Assembly: GCA_964514975.1 (NCBI GenBank)
Contig: CAZESS010000025.1
Span: 1 to 25,000 of the forward strand
Length of the DNA: 25,000 nucleotides
Reading direction: 5' to 3'
Source of the DNA: an uncultured Thermoplasmatales archaeon
GTDB taxonomy: Archaea > Thermoplasmatota > E2 > UBA202 > DSCA01
In this document: piece after piece, positions 1 to 8,506 of the stretch
Numbering within the stretch: position 1 is the first letter of the stretch
How the letters are laid out: each line of letters starts with the position of its first letter
Notes under the pieces: generated by a model
Database searches by the model: none
What the model was told of the DNA's origin: nothing
What the model saw: the letters and a program-made list of their open reading frames with translations, nothing else
Translations under genes and position numbers: made by a program

Positions 1-131
1 GACAGCACATGGCCAGCGTGCTCACCCAGCCGGGGCACCCAGACCTTTTCGCGCAATCCAGCGTTGACAATCGCAAACGGAAAAAACAGAATCCACAGCA
101 GCAGCGCATAGAGCAGCAGCTTTGGTTCCAT
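1..131 (-). CDS. Small membrane protein, N-terminal part only (runs off the left edge of the window)
   Basis: Manual translation from ATG at 131: MEPKLLLYALLLWILFFPFAIVNAGLREKVWVPRLGEHAGHVL..., a hydrophobic helix then an N-x-x-x-RE motif; open to the window edge. Not in the ORF track. Confidence 0.7.
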   Translation of the reverse strand, partial: MEPKLLLYALLLWILFFPFAIVNAGLREKVWVPRLGEHAGHVL

Positions 132-179
132 GCCGCGAAAGACCGGCGGATATTTGAAACTTGCGAGAGGGGTGGGTAT

Positions 180-365
180 CTACAGCCCATTATGGGCATC
201 CGTGCGGAAGGATATCCTGTGTATCAAAATGATATGCTCGTTCCATCGGACCTCATACACCACCGTATATCGCCGATGCGCAGGCGATACAGCGATACAT
301 GTTGTCAAGGCCTTTGAGCTTTGCCACATCCGCCGTCCGGGCGGGCACCGGGATTGGCCTTGAGA
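180..365 (-). pseudogene. Degenerate RelE/ParE-family toxin remnant (5'-truncated, frameshifted)
   Basis: Stitching frames gives LKAN/PVPARTADVAKLKGLDNMYR/LRIGDI/VVYEVRWNEHIILIHRISFRTDAH, matching the RelE pattern 'KLKG..YRLRIGDYRVVY'. Needs three frame changes, including an 8-nt tandem duplication GCGATACA at 284-299. No start codon or N-terminal part seen. Confidence 0.7.
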
Positions 366-415
366 GAAAAAAGAGAGCGCTCAGGATATTTAAAACCTTG
401 TATATAGTCCCCTAT

Positions 416-1621
416 CTATCCCCACAGCACCTCGGGCGCAATCTTCGCCACCTTTTGCCTGGCATGCTCGGGGCAGATGACCATGACACCCCAGTCCGTC
501 ACGCCTCTAAGCTGGAGCGCGTTGACCAGGGGCGTATAGTCGCTCAACGGCGCAATACTGCTATCGTTGATGATGGGGATGTCCATCTGTTTGAGGCGTG
601 GCTCGCTGAGCAAAACGTCGCGGTTGGGCACGTCGACGATGACATACCCCCTGTCAAGATTAGCTCTGTCCGCGATGTGTTTTTCTGCCATGCCGGCATC
701 GAGGTCGGCGAGATGGCGGCGCTGCCCGGCGTCCATGCCTGACAGGTCGATACGGTATGCGCTTTTGAACAAGCGTCGATACTTGATGCGGCGGACGATG
801 TCGTGCTGGAAGTCGCCCTGCTGGCGGAGATGCTGGAGGAGCTCGCCGTCGGTGAGCGGCGAGAAGTCGAGCGGCATCGCGTGTTCGACGGCGCGGAGGA
901 GCATGAGCTCGGCGATGCGCACCGTCTTGTGCAGGTAGACCGAGGAGTACATGAGCGACCGGGCGACCAACATGCTTTCCAGGGCGCTGATGCCTTTTTT
1001 GGTGACCATGACGTGGCCGTCGTGCAGCGCCAGCGTCTGCATGATGCGGTCGAAGTCGATGACGCCGTATGCGACGCCCGTGTAATGTGCATCGCGGCGC
1101 AGGTAGTCTATCTGGTCTGCGTCGATGGAACCGTGGATGATGTCGGAAAGATGGCCGCGCTGGCCGGACAGGATGGCGACGATGTCATCGGGGTCGATGT
1201 CGTGGCGTCGGAGGAGCGCCGGCAATGGCTCCATCCCGGTGTCCTTGAGCGTTCGGGTGCCGGCGATGAGTTCACGGGTGAGCTCGACGTGGTCCTTGCC
1301 CGTTGCCTGGTGCAGCAGCCGTTCGAGCGTGTGGCTGAACGGCCCGTGTCCGATGTCGTGGAGCAGGGCCGCGATGCCGACCATGCGCTGCTCTCTGCTG
1401 TCGAGGCCGAGCATTGTGGCCATCCGCCGGGCGACATGGCAGGTGCCCAGCGAGTGCTCCAGCCTTGTATGGTTTGCCCCTGGGTAGACGAGGTAGGTGA
1501 GGCCGAGCTGCCGGATGCCGTGGAGGCGCTGGAGCTCCGGCCGGTGGAGCAGCTCGAGGAAGAGGTCAGCGACGGGGATGTTGCCGTAGACCGAGTCGCG
1601 GATGATTTTTTCCTCGGTCAT
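416..1621 (-). CDS. HD-domain phosphohydrolase (SAMHD1/YwfO-like putative dNTP triphosphohydrolase)
   Basis: Motifs IRDSVYG, QRLHGIRQLG, YPGANHTRLEHSLG, LLHDIGHGPFSH, DADQIDYLRRD, VYLHKT. Start placed at MTEEK (1621), which overlaps the upstream stop as ATGA. Confidence 0.9.
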   Translation of the reverse strand: MTEEKIIRDSVYGNIPVADLFLELLHRPELQRLHGIRQLGLTYLVYPGANHTRLEHSLGTCHVARRMATMLGLDSREQRMVGIAALLHDIGHGPFSHTLERLLHQATGKDHVELTRELIAGTRTLKDTGMEPLPALLRRHDIDPDDIVAILSGQRGHLSDIIHGSIDADQIDYLRRDAHYTGVAYGVIDFDRIMQTLALHDGHVMVTKKGISALESMLVARSLMYSSVYLHKTVRIAELMLLRAVEHAMPLDFSPLTDGELLQHLRQQGDFQHDIVRRIKYRRLFKSAYRIDLSGMDAGQRRHLADLDAGMAEKHIADRANLDRGYVIVDVPNRDVLLSEPRLKQMDIPIINDSSIAPLSDYTPLVNALQLRGVTDWGVMVICPEHARQKVAKIAPEVLWG

Positions 1622-4600
1622 CGACGGCGCCACACCCCCATCCGGCGCTTCCACATGACAAGGAGGCTGCCGATCGCCGCTATGAGGATGACGAACTCGA
1701 AGCCGGTTGCCTCGTCTTCTTCTTCCACCTCGATGGTCCGGGTGACGTTGGCGGTGGCGCCGTCGTTGTCCCTCACGACCAGTTTGACCTGGTAGGTGCC
1801 CGCGCTGTCGTATTTGTGGTTGAGGAGGTCGCCGTCCTGTTCGGTGGTGCCGTCGCCGTAGTGCCAGGTGGCGTTGACGATGGTGCCGTCGGGGTCGCTG
1901 CTGGTGTCCCGGAAGGAGATATAGGTGCCGGTGCTGGGGTCGTCGGGCTCATAGGTAAACGAGGCGGTGGGGGGCACGTTTGCCACGCTTATGGCACGGG
2001 AATGGCTGTTCGACCGGCCGTCGTTGTCGGTGGCGGTGAGCGTGACCGTGTAGGTGCCGTTGTCGGTGTAGCGATGCGTGGTGTTGCGGCCGTAGCTCGT
2101 GTTCCCGTCGCCATAGCTCCAGGTGTAGTTTGTGACCTCGCCATCTGGGTCGGTGGCGTTGCCGTTGAATGAGATGTTGTCCAGGTCTGATGGCTGCCCG
2201 GGAGCAATGGTGAAGTTGACGATGGGCGGCATGTTGACCACCAGGAGCGGCATGCTGTGTGTGCCCGTCGCTCCGTCATTGTCGGTGACGGTGAGCGTGA
2301 CCGTGTACAGTCCATCGTTTTTGTAGCTGTACGTGGCATCGCGACCGGTGCTGGTGTTGCCGTCGCCGAAGTCCCATTGCCATGCGGTGATGCTGCCGTC
2401 GGGGTCGCTTGCATCGTCTATGAAGGCAACGGTGTCGATGACCGTCGGCTCGCCGGGCTGGTAGCCGAAACGGGAGCGCGGCGGCACGTTGGAGACCTCT
2501 ATCGACCGGGAAATGGTGCCTGTGGCGCCGTCGTCGTCGGTGACGGTCAGGTTGACCGTGTAGATGCCGTTGTCGGGGAAGGTATGCCGGGGGTTTTGCG
2601 CGGTGCTCGTTGCACCGTCGCCGAACTCCCAGCGCCATGCGGTGATGCTGCCGTCCGGGTCGCTGCTGGTGTCGGTGAACTCGACCACGTCGACGTCGCT
2701 GGGCGATGGCGGCTTGTAGGTATAGTTGGCCCGGGGCGGTACGTTCGCGACCGTGATGTTCCGGCTGGCTGTCGCGGTGTCGTTGTCGTCGTCGCGAACC
2801 ATGAGCGTGGCCGTGTAGGTGCCGTTGTCCCGGTAGCGATGTACCGCCATGTTGCCGTAGCCGGTCGTGTTGTCCCCAAACATCCAGGTGTAGTTGACGA
2901 TGCTGCCATCCGGGTCGCTGCTACCGCTGCCGTTGAACACGACCAGGTCGGCTGTGGTAGGCTCAGCGGGGAGGACATCGATGACGGGGGATGGCGGCAT
3001 GTTGCCGACCGGCAGCGATATAGACATGGTGTCGGTTGCGCCGTCGTCGTCGGTGACGGTGAGCGTGACCGTGTAGACGCCGTTGTCCGCATAGCGATGG
3101 GTCACGTTGCGCCCGTAGCCGGTCGTGTTGTCCCCGAAGCTCCAGGTGTAGTTGACGATGCTGCCGTCCGGGTCGCTGCTACCGCTGCCGTTGAACATGA
3201 TATCGTCGACGTCCGTGGGCTCCAAAGGTATCCAGGTCATGTTCGCAGTGGGGGCGGTGTTGAAAATGGTGATGTTTTTGGTGACGCTGCCCGTTTCGTT
3301 GTCGTCGTCGGTGACGGTCAACGTGACGGTATATTCATTGTTGTCGGTGCCGTTATCGGTGTACACGTGCGTGACAGTCTCGTTAGCCGTGGTCACATTG
3401 GTGCCGTCGCCGAATGTCCAGTGTCGCTGCACGATGACGCCGTCGAGATCGATCGAGGTGTCGGTAAAGGACACCTGGGTCATCGTGAACGTGGGAGACG
3501 GAGCCATGGTGAACGAGGGAACCGGCAGCCCCGCCCGGCGAATCAGCGGATGGTTGTCCCTGTTGCCTGGGTGATTAATTTTTTCGAAGAATGGATGGAA
3601 AAAGAGAGAGCCCGCCCATCCGGTTTGATTGGTGGCATTAATGGAATACCATGCAGGACAGTCACCAGCTGCAGAGATAAATATTACGTTGCTTGCAGCC
3701 GGAGAGTTAACCTGTGCATTGAATGTTCCGCTGTAGCAGAAATCAGAGAGGAACGTTACCCGGGAGCAATTGGCGGTAATCCAGCTCAGCCATGTCTGCA
3801 TCTCCCCAGGGGATATTGATTCATTTGTTTCTAATTCAAACGCATCTTCAGTTCCATGGTCAACGAGGTAGAGCACTACATCGGTCTCATTGTCTGTCTC
3901 AGAAGCAATATTCTTGAATTGTTGTTTCAATAATTCTTTATCAATACTTGAATGGTTATAATCAATCTCTGGAGGTTCGTTTGGCCCACCAATCTGTGTG
4001 GGCGGACCTAACAGGTCATTGTGATCACCATAAATACTTACATTGGTCTGATTGTTATGCCACAGCAGAAAAGTGATGTTCTCGTCTGTGTATCCTTTTG
4101 CTTTCAGCGTATAGTACGCCTGCAATCCCTGTGCCGGAAAACCGTCAACATTATAGACAGGTGGAGGAGGAGAATAAAAGTCATTGGTAGATACACAAAT
4201 CAACGCCGACTTATTATTGGATGAAGACAGTTTATAAGTGTCGCTATCCCCGATATTATCGATAATGCGAGGATGTTGTGAAGATACAATCGGTTGCATA
4301 GAGGCATACTGGAATATCTCCTGTAACGTATCTGCATACTTTGTACCAGGGATATCATATGGCACATCCCCGACACCATCATGGTTATTGTCCCTCCCAG
4401 TATAATCACTCCAATAGTTGCCGACAGTGCTATTATCCCATCTATTATATCTATTATCCCACACCTGATTTTCGTTGTCGATGAAATCGTTGAAATAAAA
4501 CAGGTTGCCGGATGAGTCGTCCACGTAGGCACCGTACATGCTGTCGACACATGAGACATGGTGAATGGTGTTGTTCGATGCGTCGGAAAGCTCGAGGGCG

Positions 4601-7089
4601 TACACCGAGTTGTTGTGCACCTCGACATGCGCAAACAGGCCCCCGTGGACATCGTCAAGCATGACGCCCTTGTTGTTGCCGTACACGCTGCAGTTCTCCA
4701 TGACAGGATGGCGGGCATGCTGCCATACGGCGCCCGCATAGGCATTGTAACCGGCCTCGCTGCCATCAACAGATACGTTATCGCCCGTCACCATGAGCCC
4801 GGTGTAGCTGTCGGCAAACACGCAGTCATAGATGCTGACGTTGTCCCCGGATACATACACGGCGGGGTCGTTCCAGCAGCCCTGCACCGTAAACTGGTGG
4901 AGCACCGCCCCGTTTCCGGTCACGGTGAACCCGGAGGCATCGCCGCCCTGAACAATCACCTCGTCGGGAGACTGCCCGGTCACGGTGAGCCCGCGGTCGA
5001 GCGCGACCTGCTCCTGGTAGGTGCCCGTATACACATAGCAGCCGCCATGGTCACGGAGCGCGTCGAGCGCCATCTGAATCGAACGATAATGGTCATGCTC
5101 CCATCCGGGGATAGATGGCGTGAAATCAGGGCTAACCCAGGCAAAAAAGGGCGGGTCGTCAACCGGATAACGGAGCGGATATAGATCGGTTGCCTCGGCT
5201 CCGCCCGGTACCACGTATGCCGTGTCGACGAAGCCATCCCGGCCCGGTCTGCTCTGATTGGCGCCCTTGAAACCGTCGGCGCCCTGATGAGCGCTCCAGT
5301 AGTTGCCCAGCGCCTCGTCGTAGGCGCCGCCCCACTGGTTGTCGACGCAGGCGTCGTAGGCGGTGTTGCCGATGAAATTGTTGTGCCAGAAACGGTTGTC
5401 GGTCGAGTTCTGCACGAGATAGGCGCCATAGTTGCCGTTGTCCGCGATGTGGCAGCTGGCGATGGTATTTCCAGCGGAGACATGGCTCAGCTCAAGGCCG
5501 AAAAAGGTGTTGTCGTAGACATGGCAGCTCTGGATGGTGGACGCCACGGTGCCGAACAGAAAGATGCCCTTCTGGTTGTCGTGGACGGAGAGACCATGGA
5601 GCTGGCATTCGTTGGCGTTGACAAGATACACGCCGAACACCGCCTGGGTTGCGCTGCAGTTGGCGATGGTGACCCATCGGGCGTTTTGTACCTTGATGGC
5701 CGCGTTGCTCGCCGTCACGGTAAAACCGCTGACATGTGCGTTGTTCGCGGTCACCAGGATGCCCTCGGCGGTTCCCCAGACATGGGCGCTGCCGGCGCCG
5801 ACGAGCGAGATGTTTTTATCAACGATGCAGGGCTGATAGCTGCCGTTGTAGACGTAGCAGCCGCCGCCGGGGACAACGGCGTCGATGGCCGCCTGGATCG
5901 TGTCGAAGTGGTCGTGGTTCCAGCCCGGTTTTGCCGGGTTGTAGTCGCTGTCGACCCAGACCCGAGCCGGCGGTGTCTGGATGCGGGCTATGAGCGGATG
6001 GCTGTCCTGGCTGCTGTTGCCCGGCAGGATGTATGGCCTGTCGCCGATACCGTCATGGTCGGTGTCGCTGCCGGTGTAGGTGTCCCAGTAGTTGCCGATG
6101 CTGCTGTTCCATCTGTTGCCGCCGTGGTCGACGGCATTGATACCGTTGGCGACGAAGTTGTTGTGGTGGATGAGGTTGCCATGCGATGTTGCCTCGGCGT
6201 AGATGCCCCGGTCGTTGCCTTGGATCTGGCAGCTGGCAATGGTGTTATTGGAGGATGCATTGAGATAGATGCCGTACCCGAAGTCGGTGCTGACACCGGC
6301 GTTGCCTGTAACGGTGCAGTTCCGGATGCTGTTGCCCGTGGCGCCGGCGTCGAGGATGAGGCCGACCTTGCCGTCGGTGAAGGCGCTGTCTGTCACGTGT
6401 GTGGTCGTGGTGTCGACAAGGCGGAGACCGCAGAACACGTCGGAAGCGGTGACGTTGTCGATGGAGATGTTTGCGCAGCCGTCGACCACGATGGACTTGT
6501 TTTCTATCGAGGTAAATGACGTGTCACGGAGGCTGCAGCGCGCTGTCTCCATGAAGCGGAGTCCCCAGCCCGCCGACGTTATGGTGCAGCCTGATATGGA
6601 GGCGTTGCTGCCCCGTATGTCGACGGCCCAGCTGTCGCTTTTCGGGTTGTCCTGGGTTACCCTGCAGTTTCTGACCGTCAGAAAATCGTATTCGGTGTAC
6701 AACGCCGCATCGTATCCGCCGCGTATGGTGAGGTTCTGGATGGTGACCCCGCTGGCGATGACCTTGACCGCATAGGTCGCGTTGTCGGTGATGGTGACAC
6801 TGCCGGTGGCCTCCCCTGAAATGGTTATGTTGTCCTTGTAAATGTCGACGGAGTCATAGGTGCCCTCGAAGACGGCGATGGTGTCACCGTGTTCTGCATC
6901 GTCGATGCCCTCTTGGAGCGTGTTCCATTTGTGGTTTGGCGGATCGTCGACAAAGTCGTCGTCGACGAAAATTATTTTTCCCGGGGAGGATGTTGCCGCC
7001 GTGTCCTCAGACAGCAGAAAAACGGCTGCTCCCCCTATCATTATTATAATTACAAATAGCAGCAACGCGATCCCGACCCCTCGCTTCAT
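1618..7089 (-). CDS. Large cell-surface protein: signal/TM, 3 NosD/CASH beta-helix modules, inserted clan CD protease domain, 7 PKD domains, PGF-CTERM-like anchor
   Basis: N-terminal hydrophobic stretch; three modules starting with variants of V-x-x-D-[FY]...T-I-Q-x-x-I-D and ending GNYW..Y/H; seven PKD units with W.FGDG...H.Y.DNG.YTVTLTVTDDDG; C-terminal TGFEFVILIAAIGSLLVMWKRR. Confidence 0.9.
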   Translation of the reverse strand: MKRGVGIALLLFVIIIMIGGAAVFLLSEDTAATSSPGKIIFVDDDFVDDPPNHKWNTLQEGIDDAEHGDTIAVFEGTYDSVDIYKDNITISGEATGSVTITDNATYAVKVIASGVTIQNLTIRGGYDAALYTEYDFLTVRNCRVTQDNPKSDSWAVDIRGSNASISGCTITSAGWGLRFMETARCSLRDTSFTSIENKSIVVDGCANISIDNVTASDVFCGLRLVDTTTTHVTDSAFTDGKVGLILDAGATGNSIRNCTVTGNAGVSTDFGYGIYLNASSNNTIASCQIQGNDRGIYAEATSHGNLIHHNNFVANGINAVDHGGNRWNSSIGNYWDTYTGSDTDHDGIGDRPYILPGNSSQDSHPLIARIQTPPARVWVDSDYNPAKPGWNHDHFDTIQAAIDAVVPGGGCYVYNGSYQPCIVDKNISLVGAGSAHVWGTAEGILVTANNAHVSGFTVTASNAAIKVQNARWVTIANCSATQAVFGVYLVNANECQLHGLSVHDNQKGIFLFGTVASTIQSCHVYDNTFFGLELSHVSAGNTIASCHIADNGNYGAYLVQNSTDNRFWHNNFIGNTAYDACVDNQWGGAYDEALGNYWSAHQGADGFKGANQSRPGRDGFVDTAYVVPGGAEATDLYPLRYPVDDPPFFAWVSPDFTPSIPGWEHDHYRSIQMALDALRDHGGCYVYTGTYQEQVALDRGLTVTGQSPDEVIVQGGDASGFTVTGNGAVLHQFTVQGCWNDPAVYVSGDNVSIYDCVFADSYTGLMVTGDNVSVDGSEAGYNAYAGAVWQHARHPVMENCSVYGNNKGVMLDDVHGGLFAHVEVHNNSVYALELSDASNNTIHHVSCVDSMYGAYVDDSSGNLFYFNDFIDNENQVWDNRYNRWDNSTVGNYWSDYTGRDNNHDGVGDVPYDIPGTKYADTLQEIFQYASMQPIVSSQHPRIIDNIGDSDTYKLSSSNNKSALICVSTNDFYSPPPPVYNVDGFPAQGLQAYYTLKAKGYTDENITFLLWHNNQTNVSIYGDHNDLLGPPTQIGGPNEPPEIDYNHSSIDKELLKQQFKNIASETDNETDVVLYLVDHGTEDAFELETNESISPGEMQTWLSWITANCSRVTFLSDFCYSGTFNAQVNSPAASNVIFISAAGDCPAWYSINATNQTGWAGSLFFHPFFEKINHPGNRDNHPLIRRAGLPVPSFTMAPSPTFTMTQVSFTDTSIDLDGVIVQRHWTFGDGTNVTTANETVTHVYTDNGTDNNEYTVTLTVTDDDNETGSVTKNITIFNTAPTANMTWIPLEPTDVDDIMFNGSGSSDPDGSIVNYTWSFGDNTTGYGRNVTHRYADNGVYTVTLTVTDDDGATDTMSISLPVGNMPPSPVIDVLPAEPTTADLVVFNGSGSSDPDGSIVNYTWMFGDNTTGYGNMAVHRYRDNGTYTATLMVRDDDNDTATASRNITVANVPPRANYTYKPPSPSDVDVVEFTDTSSDPDGSITAWRWEFGDGATSTAQNPRHTFPDNGIYTVNLTVTDDDGATGTISRSIEVSNVPPRSRFGYQPGEPTVIDTVAFIDDASDPDGSITAWQWDFGDGNTSTGRDATYSYKNDGLYTVTLTVTDNDGATGTHSMPLLVVNMPPIVNFTIAPGQPSDLDNISFNGNATDPDGEVTNYTWSYGDGNTSYGRNTTHRYTDNGTYTVTLTATDNDGRSNSHSRAISVANVPPTASFTYEPDDPSTGTYISFRDTSSDPDGTIVNATWHYGDGTTEQDGDLLNHKYDSAGTYQVKLVVRDNDGATANVTRTIEVEEEDEATGFEFVILIAAIGSLLVMWKRRMGVWRRR
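1730..3528 (-). repeat. Seven tandem PKD-domain coding repeats (about 255-260 nt period)
   Basis: Repeated S(S)DPDG.I...W.FGD motif. Blocks 2883-2939 and 3141-3197 are identical except one base, 258 nt apart. Outer bounds approximate. Confidence 0.85.
3565..4344 (-). other. AT-rich in-frame insert encoding a peptidase C13/caspase-like (clan CD) domain within the surface protein
   Basis: VVLYLVDHG (His codon 3856-3858) and VTFLSDFCYSG (Cys codon 3736-3738) give the clan CD His-Gly...Cys dyad pattern. Hand-counted GC is 14/60 at 3901-3960 versus 38/60 at 3001-3060. Confidence 0.75.
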
Positions 7090-7120
7090 GCAAACACCTA
7101 TTCAGTAGAAACATGTCCTG

Positions 7121-7200
7121 ACACTTAAACTTTTTTATTTTTTCTGCCATCTGTTCTGGGGGTTCACCGTAACCATCGATACGACAAAGAAAAGTTTATA
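7121..7200. promoter_or_regulatory. Divergent archaeal BRE/TATA promoter pair
   Basis: Minus strand AAAAAAG-TTTAAG (TATA about 7124-7129) ahead of ATG 7089; plus strand GAAAAG-TTTATA (7195-7200) 27 nt before ATG 7228, consistent with a leaderless transcript. Confidence 0.6.
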
Positions 7201-7227
7201 CCATAATAGCTACTTACGGATAAAACG

Positions 7228-8223
7228 ATGGACGATGCACAACGGGAGATGGTCGCTGCCGGTGACCTGGAAAAATATGCATACTGCCCGCTGTCATGGT
7301 GGCTGAGCGAACAGGAAAACGTGGTCGACTCCCATGCGGGCGTCCGCCGGCATGACACCGTGGGCGAGGAGCTGGAGGAGATACGGCGGGACGAGAAAAA
7401 ACGGAAACAGTATACCAACATCATCATCGGGCTCATCGGCGCCGCGTCGCTCCTCGCCGTCGTCGGCCTCACCTTTGCCACCGACATCGGCGCACGGGAG
7501 CACAGCTACCTTTTCGTCGCGCTCGCCCTGCTCTGGCTGCTCTATTCTATATATTTTCTGTACCGGGCGGAAAAAATAGCCATCGACGTTTTGCGGCTCC
7601 GCTACGAAAAAACCATCCTGTTTTCGTCGATGGGCGCAATGATAATCGCGCTCGTCGTCATCCTGTCGGCGCTGCCGGCGAACCGCGACGTCGCCGTCTT
7701 CCTGGAAATCCTGGCGCTGGTGTGGATCGTCGCCGCCAACCTGTATTTTTATCGCTCGCTGAACCTGTCGGAGGGCATGCTGATGCGGAAGATGGAGTAT
7801 GTGTCGCCGCAGGAGGACATCGCCTACGTCGGCATGCAGCAGGAGAGCCCATTGCTGGAGTCCGGGCAGCTGGGCATCCGCGGCCGCCCCGACTACATTA
7901 TCAGGCGCGACAGCAGCTACATCCCCGTCGAGAAAAAGACGGGGCGGACGCCCAAGGGGCCCCTGTTTTCGCATATCGTCCAGCTCATCGCCTACTGCAT
8001 GCTCGTCGGGGAATCGTTTGGCCCGGTGCCCTATGGCATCATCGAATACGAGGAAAAAAAATACAGCATCGACAACAGCGACGAACTGCAGGAGACAGTC
8101 CTGGAGCTCCGCGACAAGCTGCTCCGCGACCGCGAGCGGGACGAGGCGCATCGGAACCACGAGCGCAAGGGCAAATGCATTTATTGCTCCAGGCGTGACG
8201 TCTGCCATGAGCGGCTTGCATAG
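7228..8223 (+). CDS. cas4: Solo Cas4-family (PD-(D/E)XK, 4Fe-4S) nuclease with four inserted transmembrane helices
   Basis: DLEKYAYCP (C20), G-x-x-x-H, GRPDYII, PVEKKT, QLIAY and C317-x2-C320-x5-C326; four hydrophobic segments between about aa 63 and 176. No other cas genes or array in the window. Confidence 0.8.
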   Translation: MDDAQREMVAAGDLEKYAYCPLSWWLSEQENVVDSHAGVRRHDTVGEELEEIRRDEKKRKQYTNIIIGLIGAASLLAVVGLTFATDIGAREHSYLFVALALLWLLYSIYFLYRAEKIAIDVLRLRYEKTILFSSMGAMIIALVVILSALPANRDVAVFLEILALVWIVAANLYFYRSLNLSEGMLMRKMEYVSPQEDIAYVGMQQESPLLESGQLGIRGRPDYIIRRDSSYIPVEKKTGRTPKGPLFSHIVQLIAYCMLVGESFGPVPYGIIEYEEKKYSIDNSDELQETVLELRDKLLRDRERDEAHRNHERKGKCIYCSRRDVCHERLA

Positions 8224-8506
8224 CCCGGGGCAGCATAAAGACAACTCTTTTCAATTGCCCTGGCCCGCTTTCCTTTAAAAAGTTGCTTTCTGTGTCAGCA
8301 TATATTCCGAAGCCGGAGCCGGCCAGCGCCAAATGCCGGGGTAAATTCTAAAAAGTCACCTTCGTTTACGTCGTGGAGTTGAGCGATTTGAGAGGGAAAA
8401 TGGCAAGATGCATACCGGTGCATCTACCTTTTCGCTTGACTTCTATGGGTATACGCCTAGTAAATATCTAGGATGAATGGACACTTAGCAACATGGAAAT
8501 CAAACT

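Noticed and set aside
306-363. 8-bp inverted repeat TCAAGGCC...GGCCTTGA suggesting a riboswitch or ncRNA
   Set aside because: No recognisable riboswitch or tRNA core, and the region is better explained as RelE coding remnant.
3565-4344. Insert considered as an intein
   Set aside because: No Cys/Ser-start block A, no terminal His-Asn followed by C/S/T, no LAGLIDADG motif; it has protease dyad motifs instead.
803-6519. Long plus-strand ORFs (803-1795, 2257-3819, 5287-6519) and similar antisense ORFs elsewhere
   Set aside because: Shadow frames of GC-rich genes on the opposite strand, with no recognisable motifs.
7228-8506. CRISPR-Cas locus around cas4
   Set aside because: No repeat-spacer array and no cas1, cas2 or other cas genes in the window.
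8224-8506. Cobalamin riboswitch or leader peptide (MARCIPVHL..., 23 aa) upstream of nrdJ
   Set aside because: No B12-box consensus visible; the short ORF has no supporting features.
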